From the NCBI RefSeq assembly GCF_001194135.2, contig NC_068983.1, positions 94,123,348-94,187,347 on the forward strand: a stretch of 64,000 bases of DNA. Reading direction: 5' to 3'. Below the pieces are notes generated by a model. The model made no database searches, was not told the origin of the DNA, and saw nothing but the letters and a program-made list of their open reading frames with translations. Positions 38,145-52,422 of this stretch are shown piece after piece (within the stretch, counting starts at the first letter, position 1; every line of letters starts with the position of its first letter). The stretch comes from Octopus bimaculoides (Eukaryota). The translations under genes were made by a program, and so were the position numbers.

Positions 38145-40458
38145 ATTTTTCAGTTTATTTCAAGATTCCTTGCTAATAGAGAAAGAACCAGTTTCTAACC
38201 TAGATCCAAGGTTCCTTCACTGGAATTTCAACATCAACAACAGGGTATTTTTGTTTGTATGTACAGATTTGTGTGTTTTATGTATGTTTTCTCATGTATA
38301 GAGTTATATATCTAGACATGCTCATATATATTTAAATGATAAAACTTCTGGAAAGTTTTACAGATTTTACAGTTCAAGTGATGGATTCAATCTGTAGCCT
38401 TCAAATTAGCTTTCTCCTTTCTGGTTTTGAGAAGCCTAATTTCTCAAGATTGGTATTTAAGCAGTGTTACATATCCCAGGGCCCCAATAATTACAGGTAT
38501 AAATCTGAACTTGTAATCTGGATAGAATAACTGTAGATTTTTTAATAGTTCAGCATAGGTGTTCTCTTTTTCACTTTATGTTAACATCCGCTGGGCAGCT
38601 AATTTCTACAACTGTGCACAGTTACTTTTCTCTATCCCAAATCATTATATCAGATCTGTTGTACTTACATTTTATTGATGCCTTTATTGGTACATTCTAC
38701 CAGTATTCCTTTTCATTATGAGTGGCTATGGCTTCTACCATATTGTGGGTTTTTATTTCTTTGTCCTCGGGATTATCTTTCCAACGGATTTTGTTATAGA
38801 GTGTCCTAACAACAACGTCATGTCTCATCGTAGATAATACCGTGATGACATTTTCAGACAACTGCTTATGATGTGGGTGATATTTTCAGTGTTAAATCCA
38901 CAAAGTCTGCATCAGTTGTCACATTTTACGGCTTTTCCTGCATCTCTATCCCTTTTGTGCATCAGGTACTTGGTTGATATTTCCTGTTCCTGAATTGCAA
39001 ACACATACCCTTCAAAGTGGAAGGTAATAATCCGGCTATTCGGCCATGATAAATTGCTTTGATGATCGATGTTACTATCATCATGGAACTTTCTACTAAT
39101 ATATCCATGCATAGTCTTCTGCTCATATAGGCTCATCTTTTCATCTGATGATATGTTGTGGTAGAGTTGTGCGACTTTTTGGGGCATGTATTCTAGGGTA
39201 TCAGACAAAGAGTGTTGCTCAAGGAGCTGCCTTCCAAGTCTTATGATGTTATCAGCTACATGTATGCAAATTTGGTCAAGGGATACACTGATGCTTAGTG
39301 GTTAAAAGATGTTGCCGAAGGAATATGATGCAACATTCAAAGGCATTTTGGATTGATGTTAAACCTCTGCCACCTTGTTTACATTTTAGGTAGAGGCGGT
39401 CTACATCACTGTTTATGTGGAAATTATGTGTGCTTGTTAGTATTTTTCAGGTTTTCACATCAATGGCTCAGATTTCATCAAGTGTCCAATCAAGCAGCTC
39501 AAATGTTGCTATGAGTACCCTACATCCTTTGAGAATGTTGTAACTAGGTCTTTTTCATCTCATGCATATTCTTTGCATAAAGTTTTAAGTCATCCACAAA
39601 GAAACAGTGTGTAATTTTGGCATTTCTGTTCCCTTGTGAACCAGTGAGATACCCTTCAGACTTCCTTAACATGAATGACAAGGTGTTTAAAGAAAGTATA
39701 AACAACATCACAGAGAGGCTGTCTCCTTGGAATATGCTTTTGCAATACTGTATTCTATCAGTGATAATATATTCACTCTTTGTGTTTAATTTCAAGATGG
39801 TGGCCCACAATGAAATCAGGCCAGCTATGGCTTTGACTATTCTCACTGGAACTTTAGCAAGTTGAAGGGTTTCTAGCATCCATGAGTGGGGAACAGAGTC
39901 AAAGGCTTTCTCATAATCTAATCACATTGAATTTAGGTTCCTCCTCTGCTCTTGCACCTCTGACATCATAGTTTTGTTGATTAGCAATTGCTCGGCACAT
40001 CCCCAGACTTTCTTCTTTGTAGCTGCTTGTTGTGCTGTGATAATGTTATTGGTTTCACAGTGGTCTTGGAGGAAGAGATTTAAACAGGCTGTATATATCT
40101 TATACATTAAGTTCTGGTATGCAATTGGCTGGTAGTTTTTTGCCGTGTTGGTGGTTCTGCATTTGGGGATCAATTTTACATACATAAACATTTGAAGCAG
40201 CAAGTTGCATATTTGGCGTGGGAGACTATTTATCAAAAATACGATGAATACTAACTCCAACTTTGGAGCCACAACCATCAGCCTTGTTAAATAACTGGTT
40301 AATCTCCAGATGAATTAACTGAGGGAGCCTTTTATTTATGACCATAGTGATTTTTAACTGAAACTTGAATATCTCATACAGAGAGTTACTACAAACAACA
40401 TGGCTGGACACAACATCAACAACACAATTGAGGAATAGAACAAAAACAGAAGTCCATC
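38145..40458 (-). mobile_element. 5'-truncated R4/Dong-type non-LTR retrotransposon (RT + CCHC + restriction-like endonuclease), decayed
   Basis: RT motifs LDYEKAFDSVPHSW, IFQGDSLS, FFVDDLKLY. CRLCGFNTENITHIISSC zinc knuckle followed by RHD. NRSDIMIWD...VVEISCPADVN...IPVIIGALGYV endonuclease. 3' UTR with AATAAA near 38155. Several stops and frameshifts. Confidence 0.88.
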
Positions 40459-43400
40459 ATGTATGTATGTATGTATGTATGCATGTGTGTATGGATGGAT
40501 GCATGCATGCATGCCTGTATGTATGTATGTGAAAAGGAATACAAAAAAATGGGACAAGAACGCAAAACATCCAGACAGCTACATGATACAAAAAGGGACA
40601 ACAAAACATCCAGACAGATGATACAAAAAAAGAGCAAGAAAAAACACGGACGAGTCATTCAAAGTTTTCTTTCCTCAGTTGAGTTCCAGATTATCTTTGT
40701 AATTTCAGCTGGTTATACTCGAGATTGCTCCAATCTAGCCAGCCCCAAGGAAAAACTAAGCTAAGAGCACTAGATTCCTTGGAAGAAAGCAGCGAATGTA
40801 TACGAAAACAAGGACGGGAAAAAAATGGAGAAATAGTACACAAATACAAGTGCAAATAACAGGACATAACAACAGGTGTCTTTCGACTAAGGACGAATTA
40901 AATTTAGCTGGCGTGTGTGGAAGTGAAGCCTTACGGCAGGGACATAACCGATGACAGGTATGGGGAGGAATATAGATGTTGCACGGATGGTAGTCGAACC
41001 AAGAAAGAAAGGTCAGGCTTGGCCGAACACAGGTCATGTGGAGAGAGAGGAGAGAGGTAGAAGCAGAGGGACAGAATATTTAGGGAGGGACAAGAAAAAA
41101 AGAAAAAGGACAGAGTGAAGTGAAAGAGGAGGGAAGGTGAGAAAGAAGAGAAAGCCAGGAAATGTGAGAGAAGGGAAACGAAAGAAAGAAGAGTGGAAAA
41201 CGAAGTAAGTGTGAAGGGGTATATGTATGTATGTATGTATGGATGCATGCAAGCATGTATGTGTAGCATATGTTTTTGTGTATGTTTGCGTGTACCCTTG
41301 TCTTGACATCATGTCATAGTTGTAAATGAGCAAGTTGTTCATTTCCAGTCAACCATACAAAATATGTCAGGCCATGGGGAAATATTACCTTGCTTGGAAA
41401 CAGGTTGATGACAGAAAGGAGCATCCAGGTGTAGAAAATCTGCCTCAACAAATTTCATCTGATCCATACAAGCACAGAAAAGTAGACATTAAATGAAGAT
41501 AATACAGCAAGAAAAAAAAAGCAAGTTTGTTCTTTTTCTTGTTAAAAATCAAATCAAATTTGAGTTTAATAGTCAAATCTGTAACAAAATAGTTACAGCA
41601 AAAGGTTACTGTAAGAAATCTACATATCTGCCTACAAATGGGTATCATCTACAACTAGATATAGTAATACATGACACCATCAAAAACTGGATATGTTAAT
41701 ACTTGTGACCATCATAAATAACTGGACAAAGGAATACATTTGCAAGTGATGATTCATATTCAAGCCTGCTCTAGATTAGTGATGTTAGAATTGAAACTAA
41801 AGGTCTAACTTCTTAGCACAGCTATCATAGCTGGAGCTGACAGCTCAAGTTGAAGTCAGAACTACAAACCAACAATATTCTTGTCAATATTAGAATGTTT
41901 CCACTGCTTACAGTGATGAACTGTTCCTTATTGTAGTACTTATCTACAGCAATGCAGACTAGGCTGTTGGCAGTCGTCTTACTTATGGACATAGAACAAT
42001 GAACCCCCAAACATGTGGGACATATTTACAGCTGGATGTACTGAGATGTTGATAGTTAAATTAACTTGGTTACAGACACTGTACAATGAAATATGCAATG
42101 TGGTACCTACATACAGCAAAGTAGACTGTCAGCTGACAGTTAATTTTCTTAGCCATAGACATTGTACAGTGAGGTATATCACCACAAAGTACCTAATTTG
42201 TGGCTAGATAGACTTGGTTGAATTGTTTCAGCTATTGACACAGTGTGAAATGGTGACAGAATAGAGCAACTCTTTGACTAATTATTGTGTACCCTGTCAA
42301 TAGGGCCATCCAGTCCTTGACCAGTCTATTAATGCAGCTTTTATAAACCTACTGTTTATATTGTTTACACTGGAAATAATGCAAACATCAGTTATCATTA
42401 TCACTTTAGAATCAATTTTCTTTATCTGTTAAGACAAGTCATTTCTCTCCCATAATTGGTATGATGCTATCAGTGTAAATTAGCATGCTACTGTGAGAAG
42501 TAACACCATCTGACAGTGCTAATTAAGTAGATAACAATGTTATAATGAGGCTATAAACTGTATTTGAAAGGAGATCATTTAACAGGTTAACTCTTCAACC
42601 ATGCCAATAACTGCCCTGTAACCTTCTCCTTGAACAAATAACTGTTGGAAGAATAAAATTTAAATTCCCTAAAGGTAAACAAAGTGAAGATAAAGGAGTG
42701 AGTAGAATAGCAGTACTCAGTGTACAGGAAGGAGAATTTAAGAACAAATGGCTACAAAAAATTCTATGTGGCTTTTTGTAAACTGTTCTATACATGCTGT
42801 GAATAAAAAAAAAATAATAAGACGCCATCTTGTACTCTTACAATTTCAATGCCCACTTCTGTATATACAAAATAAACTAAAAAGAACTAAATTTGTCAAA
42901 AATCCAACTTTCAAATGACAATAGTTCTCTTAATGGCTGTTTCAAAGATTCTCATTATAGGTTATTGTAAATATTTGAGTTAACAGGTAATGGGGGTGGG
43001 GTTGATACAGGACTCTGTTACCAGTCCAGCTTCACCTATGGTCTAAACATGCCGTTCTCAAGAGTCCGATCTACATAGACCGGTAACATAGAAGGTAACA
43101 CAAAGTGTTCATTGCTCTGAGCAACATTAAAATGGTAAGTTTGACAAGAGTTTCATTAGCTTGCAGTGTGGAGTTCAAATGTTTTCTGTTAAGCAGGTCA
43201 TTCATCTGTATACCACTTGTAATAAAAATTAAAACAGAGCTTAATTGGTGAAAAAGAAAAAGCAGTTGATGACTTTAGCAAAATAAACCTTTATTAGCCA
43301 ACGTGAACAAGAAAATAACTTTTTTATACTCTAGATAGAACATACAGGGGTATCTTCACTTAAGAGAGATCTTGTAATGAAAGGACTATGTGACTCACAG

Positions 43401-45202
43401 TTTTACATCATTTTATCTTACTGATTATGACATAATTAGATTAACTAAGTTCCATAATGTAAATGGACCTTCAATCATACTTAATTCTATTCAATAGCCA
43501 TCTACTCTGCCCTGCTTGTTCACAATTCTAGTAATTTTATTCCAACCAGTTATCAGGAGTCTATTGATTATCAAACACTAGATGTAGTGAGTGAATAAAG
43601 TATTAGACAACCTACTCATGGGTTACAAATTCAATGCCACAACTGGTATTTTATTAAGTGTCAATTAAAGCATTTCATTGCATTGCCTCAATTCATATAG
43701 ATGTTGAGAATAAGTAGATTATTTGACAATAGACAAATGTTTTATCCAGGAAGATATATATTTCATCCAAGTTACACCACAAAACTATAGCAAAGTATTT
43801 GTTTTAAAAGTCCATGTAAATTTAGGAGACATTCCCCTTCCTCCTTCTCAGCATCATCATTATTATTATTATTATTCAATGTCCATTTTCCATGCTAGCA
43901 TGAGTTGGATGGTATGATAGAAGCTGGCAAGCCAAAGGGCTGTGCAAAGGTCTAATTTCTGCTTTGGCATGGTCTCTACAGTGAGGTGCCCTTCCTAACA
44001 CCAACTACTTCACAGAGTGTATTGGGTACTTTTTACACGGTATTGGCACAAGTGAGGTCACTTAGTAACTTGCAAGACAAATCCCTCAACTAAGGAGGCA
44101 AGTAATATTGAGAGAGGTGGCTTTTTACCAGGTGTGGAAAGGTTAAAGAATGGTAAAGGGACAGGAACAGGTGTTTTGTTTCAGGGATGATATATGATTA
44201 CTCCAGCTGGAAAAGAAAAATGATAGTGGTGGAGATGTGTCTGGGAGTACCCTAAAATTACAGGAAGGTGAATATAAGAGAAGTGGTATTGTTGAGTAGG
44301 TAAGTTCATGGGAATGTGAGAGGCAAGTGGCAGATAGACAGAGATGGGGATGGAGGGAAATGCAATGAGAGATGAGAGGCATGGTCAGTTGTGAATATCA
44401 GTTAGAGGGGAAGATGGAGGAAGCAGATACAGGTCAGGGAAGTAACAGGTGACAGCAACGATGACATGAAATATGTTGAGATAAGGTGCAACAAAGAGAT
44501 GAACAAAGCCAGAAACAGAGTCAAAGGTACATGAGAGTGGAAACAGTGGGAGATGAATAGAGGTAATGGGGAGGGGCTGTAGGCAAAAAATGACTGGGTG
44601 TACAAGGAAAGGTTAAAGGGTCATTCAGTAAAAAATAAGGTGGTAAGGGATGATGCTGAGAATGCAAAGGAAAAAAGGAGTGGTTTCAGGAAGAGTGAGT
44701 GGTAAGGTATGAAGTATGGGCAGTTTTGCTCTTATAATTTGCAGCAGCTGAGTAAGTAGTGCCTTAGACAGAAAAGTGATGGCAGGATGAGTGTGAGGAA
44801 GATGGGCAGTGGTGCTCGTCATGAGCAGATTGGGTGAAGGAGCATATACATAAGCAGTATACCTTTAGGACCTCATTTTTGCTAAGATGGACAGGTTTTC
44901 TCAAGCACTACATATTGGTTACTTGCATTAATCTTTAACCCTTCCATTACCGTATATCTACTGATGTTTACATCAATTTAGTAAAAATGAAGAATTTAGT
45001 AAAGTAACTCTGTTATTATGGAGCTGGTGTCTGAAACATAAATTAACATGAAACTTTGATGAAAGTTTTTGAGTGAGATCACTTAAAACCAGAAATCTGT
45101 ATCAAAGAACCAGAGTCAGTCTCAAGTGGGTTGGTTTCAAAAGGATTAAACAGAAATCATAGTAGCCACCTTCAAAAATAAGAATTTCAAATATCAATTT
45201 TT

Positions 45203-45415
45203 CTTTCATTGACCAAATACTCCACCTGTAAACCAAACTTGTTAAGCACAAACACTTTGAAACTATGGGTATAAGTGTTTTTGGAATACCCAGCCATTCG
45301 CATGTGTGTGTGTGTATATGTATATATATATATATATATATAAATATATACATATATTTATATATACGAGTGGGTGGACAAATGAAAGAAGAGCACTCAA
45401 CACATTTATAGAGTT

Positions 45416-45446
<31 letters not shown>

Positions 45447-45853
45447 TTATCAGTCAGTTGGCTGAGAGTCTGAAAAAAAAAGCACACTCTAAAATAGAAT
45501 TTGAGTAGTTATACTTTTATATTACCAAGTAGTATATTCCTGATTATGGCATATAACCCATCAGAAAGTTACCATTGGTTCAATGGTAACTTTCTGGCTG
45601 GTCAACTTTACTTTCATTGACCAAATACTCCACCAATAAACCAAACTTGTTAAGCACAAACACTTTCACCATGACAGAGTGTCATGTTTACCCCTTTTGA
45701 AATAATCATACACTTATCCTGTAAGGTCTTTGTCTTACACCTTTCCTAGGGTCAATAAAAGAAAACACCAAAAACACTAGTCAGATAATACACTGGTGTC
45801 AGCACTGATTATTTTCTTAACTCTTCAGTAACCCTTTTCCTCAAATTTGCAAA

Positions 45854-45884
<31 letters not shown>

Positions 45885-46582
45885 GTTAAGGTGGCAAGCT
45901 AGCAGAATTGTTCCCACACCAGACAAAATGCTTAGTGGTATTTTGTCTGTCTTTACGTTCTGAGTTCAAATTCCACCAAGGTCGCTTTGCTTTCCATCCT
46001 TTCAGAGTCAATAAAATAAGTACCAGTTATGTACTGGAGTCAGTGTAATTGACTTGCCCCGTCCCCCAAAATCTCAGGCCTTGTGTCTATAGAAGAAATG
46101 ATTATCATTATTATTGTTGTTATTTACAATTCTATACATTATTTGTCCATGGTAATGTGGCTAAGAAGTTTGCTTGGCAATCACAAGATTTTGGGTTCAA
46201 ACATCTTGTGCGACATCATGTTACCAGTCAACTCCAGTTTTGTAAGTCAAATCAGGTAGATAAAATCAGATGGATTGATTTCATATGGGATTTGGGATTT
46301 GTTGTGAAGGAGGGAGTGCTTGTCATACAGTGTCATGTTAAGTCTGCTTGAAATTATGGGTATAAGTGTTTTTGGATTACCCAGCCATTCGCAGTGAACA
46401 AATGAAAGAAGGGCACTCAACACGTTTATTGAGTTACATACACACGCACACACATTATCAATCAGTTGGCTGCAAGTCTGAAAAAAAAGCACACTCGAAA
46501 ATAAAATTTGAGCAGTTATACTTTTATATTCCTGATTATGGCATATAACCCATCAGAAAGTTACCATTGGTTCAATGGTAAC
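45203..46582 (+). repeat. Compound direct repeat A-B-A...B
   Basis: 56-bp A at 45203-45258 and 45611-45666. B at about 45257-45592 and 46348-46582. A partial B lies at about 49110-49220. Confidence 0.85.
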
Positions 46583-46999
46583 TTGTTACATCCCATAACC
46601 AGGAGTATACTACTCAACAATATAAAAGTGTGTGTGTGTGTCTATATTGGTGGGGACAGCTTTTCTTATAAACATGCTGTATTAAAAACAGGACTATGGT
46701 CTAGTAATATTTTTCATGAAACTATTTAGGGTTTTTTTTGTTTGTGCAAGTTCCTTAGTTTGTTTAGAAATGTAGAGTTTACAAATTCATCACGAACTTA
46801 GACACTCATGCTATCACCTTTTGAATGAAGTGGTGTTGGTATGTATTGCTGCTGCTACCTCAGAATTTGAGTTTTTTGCCATTAGCTCTATGCATCATTA
46901 GTCAGGGAGTATTTTATTTATGTTTGTGATTACTGTAAGTAGTTGGTGTGCTTATTTTAACATTGTGCTCAGCTATAAGTATTACTTCCCTCCCTAATC

Positions 47000-47680
47000 G
47001 TCTATTTTTGTGGAGATTTCCGTACAGGATACATGTGTTGTAAAAACTAATGTTTCTCACCTGGTCTTTGTTTTGTGTGACGTAGTTTGACAAAAGTGAG
47101 GAGTCAATTTTATTGATTCCCAGTAATTTAGTGGTATTTATATTGCTGATGCCAAGGAGTTGAAAGGCAAAATTCGAATTCAGAACGACGCGAGAGAACA
47201 AAATACCACAAAACATTTTCTCTGGTACGTGAACATGTTTACGACTGCAACAAAGTAAATGTAACACATGCATGTTGACTATAATAGGTTATTATGAGGT
47301 GGAAGTACCAGGTCAACATGTTGACAGTATAATTATCATAGCTTCAACAACAAATCATGGACGAAATCTGCCAGTACAACAAAAGGAATGTTCATAATGT
47401 ATCAACACAAATATGTAGAGAAATAACAGCTTTTAATCTAAGGGGAAAAACTCTTGCGAAACAGCTGCAAAAATCACTAAAAAAAAACTCTCTTGAATTC
47501 ATTGCGACAATTTCGATGCTCTATTCCTTTTCCTTTTTCCTGAGGCGCTATGTGCTAGGGGACTCCAAGGAGAGCGTGACAAAGACAAGGAAATTTCCAC
47601 GACCGTCAGCTTGTACACGCTGAAGTTCAGCTTGCCCGGGACGCCAGCAACCTTAGGGCTAGCACTGACACCATGTTCTT
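47000..47680. promoter_or_regulatory. CpG-retaining segment, possible promoter or first exon of an unidentified gene
   Basis: Many intact CpGs in non-repeat-looking DNA (cgacgcg, cacgaccgtc, cccgggacgcc) compared with depleted surroundings. No product recognised. Confidence 0.3.
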
Positions 47681-50091
47681 ACTATTTTAAACAAACATCT
47701 ACACATACAACAAATTAAGTTACAGCTATTCTCTAAGATATGCATACACATGTAAGTTTTCCTAATGACTTCCTCAGAAGGGAAAGGATATACTCATAAT
47801 TTTCGTAGGCATTCTGAGACTTACAAGATTAATCATCCTCATCACCAGCATTTAATGTCCTTTTTTTCCATGTTGGCATGGGTTGAACGGTTTGACAGGA
47901 GCTGGCAAGCCAGAAGACTGTGTCAAGCTCTACTTTTACTTTCTTTTTTAGCATGGCTTTTAGGGCTGGGTGCTCTTTCTAATACTAGCCACTTTATAGG
48001 GTTTATTGGCTGCTTTTTACATGTCACCAGCAGCAGTGATGTTCCGGTGATAATGGCAGTTGATATTCTACTTAAATTACTATAATTTGAGGAGTAAAGG
48101 AAAATACGAGCATGGCTGTGTGGTAAGATGTTTGCTTCCCAATCACATTGTTTTGGATTCAGTCTCATTGCATGGCACCTTGGGCAAGTGTCTTCAGCTG
48201 TAGCCTCAGCCAACCAAAGCCTTGAATAGATTTGATAGACAGAAACTGAAAGAAGCCCATCATGTGTGTGTGTGTATACATATATATATATATACGTAAA
48301 TGCTCAATACTGCATTGGTGGATAAAATTTCTTTGTGTGTATTAAAGCTACCATTGGTTTTGTTAAGAAAATATCTTAACAATTTTTCAAGCTGATCACA
48401 TGGAGGAATGGTGTTCATCTCCATTTTGGATGAAAACATATATTTATATATGTGTATATGTCTTTGTGTCTGTGTTTATTCTCATTGCTTGACAACAGGT
48501 GTTGATGTGTTTACATCCCCATACCTTAGCAGTTTGGCAAAAAGAACTGATGCAATAAATACCAAGCTTTAAAAAGATAATTGCTGGCATTGATTTGTTC
48601 AGCTAAAACCTTCAAGGCAATGCCCCAGCATGGCCACAGTCAAATGACTGAAATAAGTAAAAAGATAAATGGGATATCAGATTAGTGCTATTCTGGGAAG
48701 GAACAAGAGAGAATAGAAGTTGCTGTGTAGTTAGCAGGACATGGTTTGCAGTACGGATGATGACAAATGAGATGATTGTATCAAAGGGTGCTTGAATGGA
48801 GCTGATATACAACTAGCTGGTTCTAAGGAATGGAAGCCATTACTGAAGTAATAGAAAAGCAGAGGAAAAAAAACTTATGTAGATTAAAGGTTCAAATGTA
48901 TTGGTAAGTGAGTCTTTAATGATCGGTTTCTTTGGCTTTCTTTTGGATGTAGTCTAGAATGTTTATGCGTAGCAACAGCACCACACAGACATGGGAACAG
49001 TATTCTGTCATGGGCCTAGTTGGACTTCATGGAAAGTAAGAAACAAATTGCCATTCACGTTTTCTCTCTCTCTATATATATATATATCATATTATATACC
49101 TTGTCAATGAATCAGAAAAAAAGCACACTCTAAAAGAAATGTTGAACGGTTATACTCTTATGTAGCTAAGTGGTATATTCTTGGTTATGGCATATAACCA
49201 ATCAGAAATTTACCATTGGTTACACATCTACTGCTGCACATGGAATACAGAAATTAAACTGACACGCTGGCTGGAAGCACATAGCCTCTTTAATGCTGGA
49301 GGTAAATATATAGTTTGTGTCAGTTTGGTGGTGAATAAAACTACAATATAAAAAAAGCTTTTTGAGAGAGTTACCTACCCTTATATCATTCCAGCCATAG
49401 CTGAACTGAGTCAGTTGTGCCTGCTTTCTTTTCTTCTTTTACTTGTTTCAGTCATTTGACTACAGCCATGCTGGAGCACCGCCTTTAGTCGAGCAAATCG
49501 ACCCCAGGACTTATTCTTTGCAAGCCTAGTACTTATTCTATCGATCTTTCACGCCGAACCGTTTAGTTACGGGGACGTAAACACACCAGCATCGGTCGTC
49601 AAGCAACGTTGGGAGAGACAAACACAGACACACAAACATATATATACATATATATATATATANNNNNNNNNNNNNNNNNNNNNNNNNNNNNNNNNNNNNN
49701 NNNNNNNNNNNNNNNNNNNNNNNNNNNNNNNNNNNNNNNNNNNNNNNNNNNNNNNNNNNNNNNNNNNNNNNNNNNNNNNNNNNNNNNNNNNNNNNNNNNN
49801 NNNNNNNNNNNNNNNNNNNNNNNNNNNNNNNNNNNNNNNNNNNNNNNNNNNNNNNNNNNNNNNNNNNNNNNNNNNNNNNNNNNNNNNNNNNNNNNNNNNN
49901 NNNNNNNNNNNNNNNNNNNNNNNNNNNNNNNNNNNNNNNNNNNNNNNNNNNNNNNNNNNGTTGCAAGATGCAACGAAAATTTTAGGAAAATAAAAATGAA
50001 AATAAAAATAAAAATAATAAGTGGAAATTTTAACGGTGAGTGTGTTAAATTTTAAGGCACGAAAAGAAAATGACTCTCCCTAGACACAACA

Positions 50092-50131
<40 letters not shown>

Positions 50132-52422
50132 GATGCAATTCAACGAACACAAAAGCTGAAAATTTTATAAACATGTTTAAATGTGCAACAAAAAAAGTGT
50201 ATTCCATTTTCCTTGGTATTTGAAAAGTTGCATATCCACTTTTTGAAGATATTAGTTTTAAAGGAGAAATTTTAATAACTGCACTGTTATCCAAGATGGA
50301 TGAGAGAGAGAGAGAGGGAGAGGGAGAGAGAGAGTGTGTGTGTGTGTGTGTCCCAACATCATTTGTGCTTGATTGTAACTATCATGTAAACAGTGTCATT
50401 CATTTCCAATGTTTGCAAGAACACGTCTGGCCATAGTGAAATATTAGCTTACTAGGAAACAGGCGATGGGTGGGGGCAGGAACAGCAACCAGATGTAGAA
50501 AATCTGGACATTAAAATGATGATACTGATATATATACACACACACACCCACACATATATATACATACGTATAAATATATATATATATATACATACATATA
50601 TATGTATGTATACACACACACACACAAGTAACATTAACCTCTCACTGGTTCTAGTCATAAGAATGCAGCCATACTGGAGCACTGCCTTGTAGGATTTACT
50701 ATATCATGTTGAAGTCAATACTTATTTGTAAACAATCATTCTTTACATCTTTTATTGAACTGTTTATCAGCCTGCTAAGTTATGGGGCATAAAGGTTCCA
50801 CTGGTGCAAACAGAAAGACAGATATAAGCTGGGCTTCAACATAGTTTCTATCTACCAATTCCATTTAAAAAAGTACTGATTAACACAAAGCTATATAATA
50901 GAACACACAAGCCCAAACTGCTATGCAGTGAAATTGTTCCCAAAATCAAGTGACTTCAAAGCAAACTTTTTAAGCAAAGAACCATACTTCTATCAATATG
51001 CTCAGACTTAATATTCATTTCAAATTTTGGCACATGGCCAGAAGTTTGAGGGGAAGGGATAAGTCGATTACATTGACCCCAGTACTCAAATGGTACTTAT
51101 TTTATCGAACTTGAAAGGATGAAAAGTAAAGTTGACTTTGGTGGAATTTGAACTCAGAACTTAAAGACAGACAAAATGTTGCTAAGCAGTTTGGCATGCT
51201 AACAATTCTGCCAGCCCACAGCCTGAATAATGTTTTCAAATTTTGGCACAAAGCCAGAAATTTTGTGGGAGAGGATAAGTCAATTACATCAACCCCAGTA
51301 CTTGACTGGTACTTATTTTATCGAAGCCACAAGGATGAAGAGCAAAGTTGACTTTCACATTCTCAATTTTGAACTCTCAATGTAATGACAGACTAAATAC
51401 AGCTAAGCATTTTCCCAGCATGCTCATGATTCTGCCAGCCCACAGCCTTGTTCAGACTTGATATTAGTTTCATTATTCATGTTATATTTGAATAAAGACA
51501 TTAACTACCACACCTGCAACACACACAATAACATCAACCTAATAATGACAGTAACCACAGACTGACCAACAATTAGTAGTAGCAGTAGCCTTTGTTTAAA
51601 CTCAAACTAATCACTAATCACCTCTGAAAACTACAAGAGATGAAAAGCTCATTTAGGATTTGAAAAGAGAGAAAAACAGTTCATTCAATGGTTACAGTTG
51701 GTTAGCAGGAAACTTGAATAATGAAGCTGTAGGAGTGTAAATACCAACAACCACATAACTTCTATTGAGTATGCACTTCCTTGTTTACATATTAATATTG
51801 ATGGTTCTAGGTAAATTCGTCAACAATTCATCTACAACAATTTGTGTGTGGTTGTATGTTTGTGTGGTTGTGTGTGTGTGTGGTTGTGTGTGTGTGTGTG
51901 GTTGTAGATGAATCGTATCCATAGATAAATTGCTGTGGGTGAATTATTGTAAATGAATTGTAGACAAATTCGTTGGGTACATAATATTGGTATATATACA
52001 TATAAATATATATATGCATAAGATAAATCTGAGCAAATATTTATATATATGTGTATATATCTCCAAACCATGCCATCATGGAACATTGATATTAAAAAAT
52101 CATGACATACATACCATAGAAACTATGCCATAACAAACATTGGAGCTTGATGCAGTCCTCAAGATTAGATCCTTTCAAACCATCTAACCCATGCCTCCAT
52201 GGAAGATGGATGTTAAACAATGACAATAATGATGATGATGACAATGATGATGATATATAAACATATATATATATTTAGAACACATCAACACTTCAAGTAC
52301 AGGTATGGTGATGCAAACAGGAAAAATAGAACTTTTATTAATATTTAGCTTGCGCTAAATATATATAAATTAGAAATTATCTAATTATAAATCTCACAGA
52401 GAATTAAGCAGCAGTGTTACGA

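Noticed and set aside
42585-42650. Strong minus-strand acceptor ttttattcttccaacag
   Set aside because: All frames close quickly with no good donor. One frame (VTGQLLAWLKS) looks like a LINE RT remnant.
45530-45590. CTGATGG-ggttat/ataacc hairpin in the B repeat
   Set aside because: A9 and GAAA are missing in all three copies seen.
47555-47674. Minus frame MVSVLALRLLASRAS*TSACTS*RSWKF..., with a CTS-UGA-R resembling the selenoprotein H CxxU motif
   Set aside because: There is an earlier in-frame TGA, a TAG soon after, no further SelH similarity and no SECIS identified.
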